Assembly: GCA_963665125.2 (NCBI GenBank)
Contig: CAXXUK010000002.1
Coordinates: 416,001-480,000 of the forward strand
DNA from: an uncultured Desulfarculus sp.
Lineage (GTDB): Bacteria > Desulfobacterota > Desulfarculia > Desulfarculales > Desulfarculaceae
Direction: 5' to 3'
Length of the DNA stretch: 64,000 nt
Shown here: positions 7,472 through 17,041 of the stretch, in pieces
Position numbering within the stretch: position 1 is the first letter of the stretch
How the letters are laid out: each line of letters begins with the position of its first letter
Position numbers and translations under genes: made by a program
Notes under the pieces: generated by a model
Database searches by the model: none
What the model was told of the DNA's origin: nothing
The model's input: only the letters and a program-made list of their open reading frames with translations

Positions 7472-10165
7472 TTAAGCGCGTTCCAGCTTGACGGCGCAGG
7501 CCTTGTATTCAGCGGTCTGGGAGACCGGATCATAAACCGGGTTGGTCAGCCAGTTGGCGCAGCCCTCCCGGAAGTGGAAGGCCATCCAGACCATGCCCTG
7601 GGGCACCTCGGGGGTGATCCGGGCCTTGACCGTGACGCTGCCGCGCCGGGAGCTGAGCTTGACCATCTCGCCCTGGCCGATGCCCAGGGCCTCGGCGTCG
7701 GCGGCCGAGATGTCGGCGGTTTCCTGGCCCAGCAGGTCGTTGAGTCCGCCGCTGCGGCCGGTCTGGGTCCGGGTGTGGTAATGGTAGAGCCGCCTGCCCG
7801 TGCTGAGCACCAGGGGGTAGTTTTCGTCGGGCACCTCGGCGGGCGGGGTCCAGTCCACGGGGACCAGGTTGCCCAGGCCGCAGGTGAACTTGCCTTCCTT
7901 GTGCAGGCAAGGGGTGCCCTTGTGCTTGAGGTCGGGCACGGGCCATTGCAGACCGTCGCCTTCGATGCGGCGGTATTTGATGCCCGCCATGGACGGCGCC
8001 AGTTCCGAAAGTTCATTGTCCCAGATGGCCTTGGCGCTGTTTGATTTCCACTCATGGCCCATGCGCCTGGCGATCTCCTTGAAGATCCACCAGTTGGGCT
8101 TGGCGTCGCCCGGGGCGTCCACGGCCTTGCGCACCCGGTTGACCCGGCGCTCGGAGTTGGTGAACGTGCCGTCGTCCTCGCTCCAGGCCGCGGCCGGGAG
8201 CACCACGTCGGCGAACTTGGTCGTCTCGGTGGGGAAGATGTCGTTGCAGACCAGGAACTCGGCCGATTCCAGGCAGTGCTCCACGTGGCGGATGTCCGGC
8301 TCGGTGTTGGCCAGGTTTTCGCCGAACACGTAGAAGGCCTTGACCTTTCCGCTGACCAGGCCGTCCATCATGGCCGGCATCATCAGGCCGTTCTGGTTGG
8401 GCAGGGAATCCACGCCCCAGAACTCGGCGAATTTCTTGTTGGCCGCCGGGTCAATGACCTTCTGGTAGCCGGGGTAGACATTGGGCAGCGCGCCCATGTC
8501 GCAGGCGCCCTGGACGTTGTTCTGGCCCCTGAGGGGGTTAACGCCGCCGCACTCGAAGCCCACGTTGCCCAGGAGCATTTGCAGGTTGGCGCAGCTCATG
8601 ACGTTGTTGACGCCGCAGGTGTGCTCGGTGATGCCCAGGGTGTAGATGAGCATGGCCGGTTTGACCGAAGCCAGATCCCGGGCCACCTTGCGGATGGCCT
8701 CGGCGTCAATGCCGCTGATCTCGGCGGCCCGTTCGGGCGGATATTCCATGACCTTGGCCTTGAGTTCCTCAAAGCCCACGGTGCAGGAATTTACGTATTT
8801 TTCATCGTAGAGGCCCTCGGTGATCAGCACGTTCATGATGCCGTTCAACAGGGCGATGTCAGAACCGACCTTGAGCGGCAGATGCGTCTCGGCGAATTCG
8901 GTAAGAGCCGTGGCCCTGGGGTCGACCACGATGAGCCTGGCGCCGTTGTTCACGGCGTTTTTAACGAAGGTGGAGGCCACGGGATGGGCCTCGGTCATGT
9001 TGGAGCCGATGACAAAGAACATCTTGGCCTTGTCGAAATCGGCAAAAGAGTTGGTCATCGCACCCGAGCCGAAGGAAGTCGCCAGACCGGCGACAGTGGG
9101 AGCGTGTCAGGTACGTGCGCAGTGGTCGATATTATTTGTACCGATCACCGCGCGGAAGAGCTTTTGCATGTTGTAGGAGTCTTCATTGATGCTGCGGGCG
9201 CAGCTTACGCCGGCGATGGCGTCGGGCCCGTGCTCCTTTTTGATCTCCATGAATTTACCCGCCACAAGGTCCAGGGCTTCGTCCCAGGAGGCCTCGCGGA
9301 ATTTGCCGTTCTCCTTGATCAGCGGCGTGGTCAGGCGTTCGTCGCTGTGGATGAAGTCGTAGCCGAAGCGGCCCTTGACGCAGAGGCGGCCCCTGTTGGG
9401 CTGGGCGTCCTCGACGGCCATGACCTTGACCACCTTGCCGTCCTTGACGTAGAGCTCCATCTGACAGCCCACGCCGCAGTAGGGGCAGGTCGTGCGGACC
9501 TTTTCGAACTGCCAGGAGCGGCCTTTGCCCTTGGCCTTTTTCTCGGTCAGGGCGCCGGTGGGGCAGACCTGCACGCACTGGCCGCAGAACACGCAGTCGC
9601 TCTCGTGGTAGGGCCGGTCTCCGGAGGTGACGATCTTGCTGGCCGCGCCGCGGTAGCCGTAGCCGATGGCCCGGTTGACCTGGACCTCGTTGCAGGCCTG
9701 AACGCAGCGCCCGCAGAGGATGCACTTGGCGAAGTCGCGGACGATCAGGGGGTTTATATCTTCCACCTCGTAGGATGTCGTGCGGCCTTCGAAGCGCACG
9801 TTTTCCACGCCGTACTCATAGGCCAGGGCCTGGAGCTTGCAGGCGCCGTTGGCCTCGCAGACCAGACAGTCGTGGTCGCCGCTGGCTAAAAGCAGCTCAA
9901 GGTTGAGCTTGCGGGCGTGGTGAATTTTCGGGGTGTCGGTGAGCACGACCATGCCGTCGTTGGCCGGCACGGTGCACGAGGCCATCAGGGACCTGGCGCC
10001 CTGAAGCTCGACCAGGCACATGCGGCAGGCCCCGGTGGGCGTGCAGTCCTTGAGGTAGCACAGGGTGGGTATGTTCACGCCGTTGTCCTGGGCCACCTGT
10101 AGGATGGTCTGGCCCGGCGCGAAGGATACCTCCTTGCCGTTAAGAGTTAGTTTGGGTTTTGACAT
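7472..10165 (-). CDS. fdhF: Selenocysteine-containing formate dehydrogenase alpha subunit (897 aa, in-frame TGA at 9107-9109)
   Basis: ORF-track pieces 9107..10207 and 7472..9058 are in the same frame and join as NIDHCART-U-HAPTVAGLATSFGSGAMTN. The TGA aligns with the Cys of the neighbouring paralog. ATG at 10165 with GGGAG RBS. Confidence 0.95.
9059..9106 (-). promoter_or_regulatory. Bacterial SECIS element
   Basis: mRNA UGA-CACGCUCCCACU-GUCGCC-GGUCU-GGCGAC, a 6-bp stem with GGUCU loop 12 nt after the UGA, plus a possible lower stem CGCUCCC/GGGUGCG. It resembles the E. coli fdhF SECIS and is absent from the Cys paralog. Confidence 0.85.
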
Positions 10166-10237
10166 TGCAGTCTCCCGGCCGCTCTTGGGGCGATACGAAC
10201 GAATCATGATATATCGTAAAGGTAAGTGGAACTAATC

Positions 10238-10257
10238 GTATGTCAGCTATGGCATAT
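10238..10257. promoter_or_regulatory. Palindromic operator upstream of the Sec-FDH
   Basis: GTATGTC-N6-GGCATAT followed by AACACAAA, versus AGCACAAA after the 7287 site. Confidence 0.55.
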
Positions 10258-10394
10258 AACACAAATGTCATACAGCGAAAAGTGATATTTGTCCAACAAT
10301 CTGAATTGATAGAAAAAACCGATATTACATATAGGAAAAACGGGAGTGGCCGTCCGGCCGCTCCCGCTGAAAAGACTGGAATGGCTTCGCGCCG

Positions 10395-10826
10395 CTACCA
10401 GCCGAACCTCTTCATGATATCGTTGACGGCCTGCTGGCGGTCTTCTTGTTCGATCTGGATACGTTTGGCCTGGCCCTGCTTGATCTTTTCGGCCAGCGTG
10501 TCGAGATTGGCCGGCTTTTCCAGGAAATCCATGGCACCCGCCTTCATAGCCTGGATGCCCTTTTCGACAGTGGCGTGGCCGGTCAAAAGGATTATCTGCA
10601 AGTCGGGTTTCTTGGCCAGGGCCTGTTTGAGGGTTTCCAGTCCGTCCTGGCCCGGCATCATCATATCCAACACTATGGCGTCGTATATTTTTTCTTCGAT
10701 CTTGGCCAGAGCGGCCGGACCGTTCTCGGCGGTGTCCACCTGGAAGCCACGCAGGCCGAGGCGCTCGCTGGCGGACTCCAAAAACTCGATCTCGTCATCC
10801 ACTAAAAGGACTTTGGCCTCGGACAT
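10395..10826 (-). CDS. Stand-alone response regulator receiver protein with short C-terminal helix
   Basis: VLLVDDE, LDMMMPG, LTGHA, FLEKP. Confidence 0.92.
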   Translation of the reverse strand: MSEAKVLLVDDEIEFLESASERLGLRGFQVDTAENGPAALAKIEEKIYDAIVLDMMMPGQDGLETLKQALAKKPDLQIILLTGHATVEKGIQAMKAGAMDFLEKPANLDTLAEKIKQGQAKRIQIEQEDRQQAVNDIMKRFGW

Positions 10827-10869
10827 GACACCCTCCTCGCAATTGATCCGTTATACGGAAATGTTCTGA

Positions 10870-11490
10870 TTATTCCGCCATGCACAGTATCAGGTTACCG
10901 CTGTCTGCGGTGAGGCGGCAACCCAAAGCCTCCAGAAGCTCCTGGGAAGGCCCTTGGGGAGTCTGGGTGTAGTTCGCGCTGAATTTGATTTCGGTTTGGC
11001 CGTTTACCGCGGCCGCCGTGATGACCACGGCGCCGCCCTTTTCAGCGGCTTCGGCCGCTCCGGCCAGACAGGCCCACACGGCCTGCTGAAACAGCATGGG
11101 CGGATGGGCCAAGCCAAGGGCCTCGGGCATCTGGCCCAACTCCAGGGTCAAGCCCTTGATGGAAGCCAAGCGCTTGTAAAACTCAACCACCAGGGCCACC
11201 GAGTCGGCCACGTTGGTCAGATCACGGTCCAGGTCGCCGCTGTGGGCAAAGGTGTTGAGCCGTTTGATGACGACATCGGCCTGGCCGATGCGCACGATGA
11301 CCCGGCTGATGAGGCTTTCCAGGCGCGACGGATCGACCTCGCGGCCCTGGGCCGCCAACATCAACAACTCCTTGATCAGGCCGCTCTGCTCGTTGATCAC
11401 GGCCAGTTCGTTTTTTATCTCGTGGGTGGCGCTGGCGGTTACCGCCCCGCTGAACGCGGCCATCCCCTTGTAGGCGCTTTTCCAATCCAC
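10870..11490 (-). CDS. HisKA-containing protein with degenerate ATPase domain (possible phosphotransfer pseudo-kinase)
   Basis: H-box ATHEIKNELAVI; no recognisable N, G1, F or G2 boxes; no sensor domain; GTG start. Confidence 0.7.
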   Translation of the reverse strand: MDWKSAYKGMAAFSGAVTASATHEIKNELAVINEQSGLIKELLMLAAQGREVDPSRLESLISRVIVRIGQADVVIKRLNTFAHSGDLDRDLTNVADSVALVVEFYKRLASIKGLTLELGQMPEALGLAHPPMLFQQAVWACLAGAAEAAEKGGAVVITAAAVNGQTEIKFSANYTQTPQGPSQELLEALGCRLTADSGNLILCMAE

Positions 11491-11507
11491 TGCTGGGGGC
11501 TCCTTCC

Positions 11508-11861
11508 TTATGACGGGTTGCCCTGCATATAGGCCAACAGGACGTCGATGTCCACCGGCTTGACCAGATATTTGTCCGCGCCCAGGCGAATGGCTTCGTT
11601 GAGTTCGTCTCCGGAGCTGTGACCGGTCAATAGGATGATGCGGGCCAGAGGCTGTTCCCGCTTGATGGCCTTAATGGTTTCCAAACCGCTCAAACCCGGC
11701 ATCTTGAGGTCGATCACAACCCAGTCGTAATTGCGCTCGCGAACCCGTTGCAGACCCTGTTCGCCGCTTGTGGCCCAATCATTGGTTATGTCCCGCAGAT
11801 CAAGCCGCTCGGACAGGGTCGTAACCAGTTCCTTTTCATCATCGATCAAAAGAATTCTCAT
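11508..11861 (-). CDS. Single-domain response regulator (receiver only)
   Basis: ILLIDDE, IDLKMPG, LTGH, LVKP; ATGA overlap with the upstream kinase. Confidence 0.92.
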   Translation of the reverse strand: MRILLIDDEKELVTTLSERLDLRDITNDWATSGEQGLQRVRERNYDWVVIDLKMPGLSGLETIKAIKREQPLARIILLTGHSSGDELNEAIRLGADKYLVKPVDIDVLLAYMQGNPS

Positions 11862-13657
11862 ACCGAACTATCACCTTCCACCAGTGGGTTTGGATATTTT
11901 TCCTCTGGTCCTGAATCGTCTTCGCTTTTACTTTCGATCATGCGCGGGGCAACGTCGGCCGGTAAAAACACGTGGAATGTGGTGCCTTTTTGTTCCAGGC
12001 TCTCGACTTCTATGGTGCCGCCCATTTTTTGGACGATGCCGTAGGTGATCGAAAGCCCGAGACCGGTGCCCCGCTCGCCCTTGGTGGAGAAAAACGGTTC
12101 AAATATTTTTAGCAGGTCAGCGGCGGGAATGCCGACTCCGTCGTCGGCAATGGCCACTTCAACCCGGTGTTCGCCTTTGACCTTGGCGCTGATGTCGATG
12201 TTGCCGCCTTTTTGCACGGCGGCCATGGCGTTGTTGAGGATGTTCAAAAACACCTGCTGCAACTGGCCCCGGTCACCGTTGACCGGAGGCACGTCCCGGT
12301 CGATATTGAGGCTGATCTTTATATTGCGGTATTCCGCCTCGCGGCCCAGGAAGCCCAACACTTCGTTGAGCAGGCCGTCGAGGTGGATCTGTTCGCGTTT
12401 GACCGGCAGATGCCGGGCAAAGCCCAAAAGCCTGTGGGTGATGTCGCTGACCCGTTTCACCGATTTCTGGATCACGCCTATTTGCTGCAGGAACTTTTCC
12501 TTGCGGGGGAAGTCGTCGCCCAGCTTGAGCAGGTCTTCCATGAGGCCGACCTTTTCATTGATGATTGCAACCGGGTTGTTTATTTCATGGGCCACGCCGG
12601 CGGCCAGGCGGCCGATGGATGCCAGCTTGTTGGTGTATTCGACTTCGTGAAGCACCGAGGCGCGGCGAAGGTCGGCCACGTAGATGCGGCTGACCAGGGT
12701 TGTTGAGCCCCACCAGATCACGCCGAGAATTATCAGCACCGACACCGAGACGACGATGACCAGGTTGATGCCCAGGGCGCCCCATTTTTTCAGCAGCACA
12801 CCGGGCCGGTGGATCACCACCAAGGTGAAGGGGGTGTCCTCGATATTGGCCATGCCCATGAACAGGCGTTCGTCTTGCTCGTTGATTACCTCGCTGATCC
12901 CTTCCCAGTCCTTGCGCGACTCGGGAAGAAGGCCGAACTGGGCCAGAACCCCCCCGAAATGGCGCGACGGCGTCTGCAATTTGCCCTGTTGGTTGACCAG
13001 GAAGATTTCCGAGACATCCTGGGGGCTTTCGCCCCGGACCATCTGATTGAGCCGGCCAGTGTCGATGGTGGCCCGCAGCACGGCTGGCCCCTCTCCGCCC
13101 TCTTCATGACGCACCGCGATAACCATGTGCGGGAAATTGCGGTGGCCCATGAACACGTCGCTGACATAGGCGCCCCGGATCAGGGCCACCTGGTACCACT
13201 CCTGGTCCCGGTAGTCCACGTCCGAAAGGTTGTATGGCCCCACATAGGCCTTTTGGATGCCCAGAAAGTTGATCAGGCCCAGGTCCACGAAGCCGCCGAA
13301 TGAATAACGCAATTGGCGGAAAATCAGCGACAGCCGCTTGGCGTCGCTGAGCTGATTGGTGGTGTTGTCCAAGTTGACAAAGGTCAGCGCCGCCTGGGCC
13401 GTATTCAAAAAGTCGGTGACTTGCAGCTTGGCCGTGCTCATCTCCCGTTGCATCTGGATGATGATCTCGTTGCGCTGCAATTCATACTGGCGGTCATATT
13501 GGAAAAAGTTCACCCCGGCCAGGACAAACACCGGCGTCAGGGAGGCGATGACCGCCGCCCAGAATGTGGTTTTCCACAAACGCCTGTAGTCCAGCAGTTC
13601 GACTTGTCCGTCCTGCCTGTGCCAAAAATCCGGGCGGAATTTTTGCCAAAAGCTCAT
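11858..13657 (-). CDS. Membrane sensor histidine kinase with Cache-type periplasmic domain
   Basis: Two TM segments; YRDQEWY Cache-like motif; LAAGVAHEINNP, QVFLNILNNA, DDGVGI, FEPFFSTK, GTGLGL. Start placed at MSFWQKF, just after the upstream gene's stop. Confidence 0.93.
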   Translation of the reverse strand: MSFWQKFRPDFWHRQDGQVELLDYRRLWKTTFWAAVIASLTPVFVLAGVNFFQYDRQYELQRNEIIIQMQREMSTAKLQVTDFLNTAQAALTFVNLDNTTNQLSDAKRLSLIFRQLRYSFGGFVDLGLINFLGIQKAYVGPYNLSDVDYRDQEWYQVALIRGAYVSDVFMGHRNFPHMVIAVRHEEGGEGPAVLRATIDTGRLNQMVRGESPQDVSEIFLVNQQGKLQTPSRHFGGVLAQFGLLPESRKDWEGISEVINEQDERLFMGMANIEDTPFTLVVIHRPGVLLKKWGALGINLVIVVSVSVLIILGVIWWGSTTLVSRIYVADLRRASVLHEVEYTNKLASIGRLAAGVAHEINNPVAIINEKVGLMEDLLKLGDDFPRKEKFLQQIGVIQKSVKRVSDITHRLLGFARHLPVKREQIHLDGLLNEVLGFLGREAEYRNIKISLNIDRDVPPVNGDRGQLQQVFLNILNNAMAAVQKGGNIDISAKVKGEHRVEVAIADDGVGIPAADLLKIFEPFFSTKGERGTGLGLSITYGIVQKMGGTIEVESLEQKGTTFHVFLPADVAPRMIESKSEDDSGPEEKYPNPLVEGDSSV

Positions 13658-13658
13658 T

Positions 13659-14882
13659 TTATTCCTGTCGGGCTTTGATCTTGTCGTAGGCCTCTTGCAT
13701 GACCTGGGACAGCTTTTCGATGTCCACCGGCTTCTCAAGATAGGCGAACGCGCCCAACTCCATGCACTGCTGGCGGTCGCGGTCGGAGCCGTGACCGGTG
13801 AGGATGATCACCTCCACCTCGGGGTGGTCGCGCTTGGTCCGCTTGAGGACCTCCACGCCGTCGATGCCGGGCATCTTCAGGTCCAGGACCATGACCTCGG
13901 GCTCATCCTCGGAGACCAGCTTGAGTGCCTGCTCGCCGTCGTAGACCACGGCCGATCCGATTTCCCGCAGCAGCAGGCGTTCGGAAAGCGTCTGGACGAA
14001 TTCACGCTCGTCGTCGACCAAAAGAACCTTGCTGGGCAGCTTGAAGTCGGCCCGGCGGTAGACATCGGCCTGGTAGTAGCCCGGACCGGCCTCAACGTCC
14101 ACGTCCTTGACGCCGTCGACCTTTTGGGCCAGCTTGGCCAACTCTTCCTGCAGGCGGCCCAGGAGCATGACTTTTTTGTTGATTTGGACTTTTACCTTGC
14201 CCTTGGAGGCGGACACGCTCAGATCTTTGGGCGTGTGCCCTTCCTTGACCAGGGCCTGTTCCACCTGGGCGGCCAGCAGCGCGTCTTTGGCGGCCCGGAT
14301 TGATGATTCGTTGAAGGCCAGGGTGCCGGAAGACGCGTGGTCCAGGATAAGTTTTACCGCTTTTTCTACGCCGGTTTTGCCCATGGGAATCAGGATATCG
14401 TACTTGGACGGATCCCAGGGCTCGCAATCCATGACATATTCGGCCCAGCGGAATGCCGCTTCGTCGTCGCGGTGGATGCGCGACATGGCTTCCTTTGGGC
14501 TCACGTTCAGGGTGGCCGCGGCCTTTTCGGCCCGTTTCGAGGCATCGGCGGCCAGGCATACCTGGAGCACGTGACTGATGTTGCGCGGAACCAGCAGTGA
14601 CCCGTAACCCAGGAACACGGCCGAGTTTTCCATGGTCAGTTCGAGCATGGCCAGCTTGAGGCTGGTTATGCCGATCTCCCGCTCCCTGGAAAACATGTTG
14701 AATACCGAAGGCTTGCCGTATATGGCCTTGCGCAGCGCCGCTTCTGCCGCTCCGCTGGCGGCGGCGGCTTTGCTTATCAGATCATCGTCGGTAGCCAGTT
14801 GCGTTCCCATTTCGCGGGCCAACTCCTGGGCCACGTCCCGGCCGCCCACAAAAGATCCGCTGAATATATTGACCATGCTCAT
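13659..14882 (-). CDS. Cytidylate-kinase-like + BON-like + receiver domain protein
   Basis: N-terminal IFSGSFVGGRDVAQELA (degenerate P-loop) and WDPSKYDILI; BON-like segment ending KVDGVKDV; C-terminal VLLVDDE..LDLKMPG..LEKP. Confidence 0.82.
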   Translation of the reverse strand: MSMVNIFSGSFVGGRDVAQELAREMGTQLATDDDLISKAAAASGAAEAALRKAIYGKPSVFNMFSREREIGITSLKLAMLELTMENSAVFLGYGSLLVPRNISHVLQVCLAADASKRAEKAAATLNVSPKEAMSRIHRDDEAAFRWAEYVMDCEPWDPSKYDILIPMGKTGVEKAVKLILDHASSGTLAFNESSIRAAKDALLAAQVEQALVKEGHTPKDLSVSASKGKVKVQINKKVMLLGRLQEELAKLAQKVDGVKDVDVEAGPGYYQADVYRRADFKLPSKVLLVDDEREFVQTLSERLLLREIGSAVVYDGEQALKLVSEDEPEVMVLDLKMPGIDGVEVLKRTKRDHPEVEVIILTGHGSDRDRQQCMELGAFAYLEKPVDIEKLSQVMQEAYDKIKARQE

Positions 14883-17041
14883 CGTCCGTTATCCTCCCGT
14901 TCAAACACGTTTTCCAGCGGGCAAACCGTTATCAGCGGACAGTCCTTTTCGTCCGATCCCGCATGTGCAGATTCATGAATAGCGCTAATCGCCGTCGCAG
15001 CCAAGGGATAGATGTGATCCTCGCCGATTTTGGCCAAAAGGTGTGTACGTTCCATGGCCTCCAGAACGTTTTCCTTAAGGTGGGAGAAACTGATATCAAA
15101 CCCCGCGCTGCGGACTCTATCCACGATCAAGGATAACGCTTCTTCGCCTGATGCGTCTATGTCGTTTATGCCGTTTGACACGACCAGAATGTGCCTCAAC
15201 TTGGGCATGTTCATGATGCGGTCGTTGATCTGGTCTTCCAGGAAGCTGGCATTGGCGAAAAACAGCGGGCCGTCAAAGCGCACGACAGCTATGTGTTCGC
15301 ACTCGCGCAGGCCGAAGTGTTCCGCGTCGCGTAACGAGCAGTCCTGGTGCATGGACAGGCTGGCCACCGTCGGGCGCATGCTCTTGTATAAAAAGACCAT
15401 CAGGCTCAGGGCCACGCCGATCATGATGCCCCTGTCCAGGTGCGGCGCGAAAACCAGGGTGGCGATGAAGCTGATGATGCTGATGGCTCCGTCATACCAC
15501 TGGGCCTTCCAGGCATGGACAAAACCGCTAAGGTTGATCAGGCCCACGACGGCCAACATGATGACTGCGGCCAGCACGGCCTGGGGCAGGTGGTACAGAA
15601 GAGGGGTGAACAACAACAGCACGATGACGACCATCAGGCTGGTGACCACGCTGCTAAGACCTGTGATAGCGCCCGATTGCAAGTTTACCGCCGACCTGGA
15701 GAACGATCCCGATACGGGATAGCTCTTGCCCAGGCAGCCGATCATGTTGGCCAGACCCTGGCCGATGAGCTCCTGGTTGGGGTCCAGGCGTTGGCCGGTT
15801 TTGGCGGCCATGGCCTTGGCGATGCTGATGGCCTCCATGAAGCCCAAAAGGCTGATGATGATGGCGTAAGGCACCAACTGCAACATGACGCCGATGTTTA
15901 CGTTGGGCATACTGATGGTCGGCAGGCCGGGCGGAATGTCGCCGACCACCGCACCGCCGCCCATGACCTTGATGGATGTGGTGTCCAGGGCGCCCAGGCC
16001 GACCTTGATGCGCCAGGTGTTGCCGTCGGTTTCGGAGCCGGACGGGGCTTGGCCCTGTTCATAGAACAACAGGCCGTCGCCGGCCTGCTTGAGGCCGTCG
16101 AATTTGTGGTTGCGCAGCAAATCGCGCAGTTCGTGGGCAATGCCCTTTTGCATTTCAATGCGCGCGGTGAGCATTGCCGCCTTCTGGCGCAGGTCCAGCA
16201 CTTCCAGGGATTGTTCGCCTTGCTTTTCGGTTTCGGTGACGATCTGCTTGTTGAGATCGGCCCGCTGCTCACCCAGGGAGCTGATGGCGGCGATGGAGGT
16301 GTTGTAGTCGTTGACCTGCTGGCCGATGACCGGATCGGCAAAGGCGTCCGGGCCGACCTTGACATCGTTTTGGAAGCCCACCGCCCAGGAGATCAAGGTG
16401 GTGACGGCGACAGCCACCAACACGTAGGGGATCTTGGGATTGATCCGTTTGAGGATGATCATGATTGCGAAAGCGCCCGCGCCCATGGCCAGGGTGGGCC
16501 AGTGGGTGTAGTCGATGGCCGCCTGACAGACCCGGATGATCGTTTCATAGTGGTGATCGGCCTTGTCCACGTACACGCCGAACAGCTTGGAAAGCTGGGA
16601 GCTGGCGATGATGATGGCCGCGGCGTTGGTAAAGCCGTTGACCACCGGATGGCTCAGGAAGTTGACCACCAGGCCTAACCGCAATACGCCCAGCAAAAAC
16701 TGGAAGATGCCCACCACCAGGGCCAGCAGCACCGCATAGGCGATGAACGCCTCGCTGCCCGCCGTGGCCAGTGGTTCCAGTGATGCCGCGGTCATCAGGG
16801 AGACAATGGCCACCGGTCCCGTGGCCAATTGCATGGAAGAGCCAAACATAGCCGCGATCATCGGCGGTAAAAACGCTGCATAAAGGCCGTAATAGGCCGG
16901 CAGACCCGCCAACTGGGCATAAGCCATGGACTGCGGGATCAACACCAGGGCAACTGTAATACCGGCCACCAGATCGACCCGGAACTTGGCCGCACTGTAG
17001 CCTTTGAACCAACTTAGAAATGGAAGAATTCGCGCCACCAT
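14879..17041 (-). CDS. sulP: SulP/SLC26 anion transporter with STAS domain and a large soluble insert
   Basis: DLVAGITVALVLIPQSMAYAQLAGLP, GP motif, NQELIGQG, GSFSRSA, STAS RFDGPLFFANA and DIDASG; ATGA overlap with the downstream gene. Confidence 0.93.
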   Translation of the reverse strand: MVARILPFLSWFKGYSAAKFRVDLVAGITVALVLIPQSMAYAQLAGLPAYYGLYAAFLPPMIAAMFGSSMQLATGPVAIVSLMTAASLEPLATAGSEAFIAYAVLLALVVGIFQFLLGVLRLGLVVNFLSHPVVNGFTNAAAIIIASSQLSKLFGVYVDKADHHYETIIRVCQAAIDYTHWPTLAMGAGAFAIMIILKRINPKIPYVLVAVAVTTLISWAVGFQNDVKVGPDAFADPVIGQQVNDYNTSIAAISSLGEQRADLNKQIVTETEKQGEQSLEVLDLRQKAAMLTARIEMQKGIAHELRDLLRNHKFDGLKQAGDGLLFYEQGQAPSGSETDGNTWRIKVGLGALDTTSIKVMGGGAVVGDIPPGLPTISMPNVNIGVMLQLVPYAIIISLLGFMEAISIAKAMAAKTGQRLDPNQELIGQGLANMIGCLGKSYPVSGSFSRSAVNLQSGAITGLSSVVTSLMVVIVLLLFTPLLYHLPQAVLAAVIMLAVVGLINLSGFVHAWKAQWYDGAISIISFIATLVFAPHLDRGIMIGVALSLMVFLYKSMRPTVASLSMHQDCSLRDAEHFGLRECEHIAVVRFDGPLFFANASFLEDQINDRIMNMPKLRHILVVSNGINDIDASGEEALSLIVDRVRSAGFDISFSHLKENVLEAMERTHLLAKIGEDHIYPLAATAISAIHESAHAGSDEKDCPLITVCPLENVFEREDNGR

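Noticed and set aside
8054..9889. 611-aa + strand ORF and similar long antisense ORFs (22791-24512, 31933-33351, 33367-34908, 39130-40599)
   Set aside because: All lie opposite well-supported genes and show shadow-ORF composition.
7472..10207. Two separate ORFs, or a nonsense-mutated FDH pseudogene
   Set aside because: The TGA sits exactly at the active-site Cys/Sec position, is in frame and is followed by a SECIS-like hairpin; it is one selenoprotein gene.
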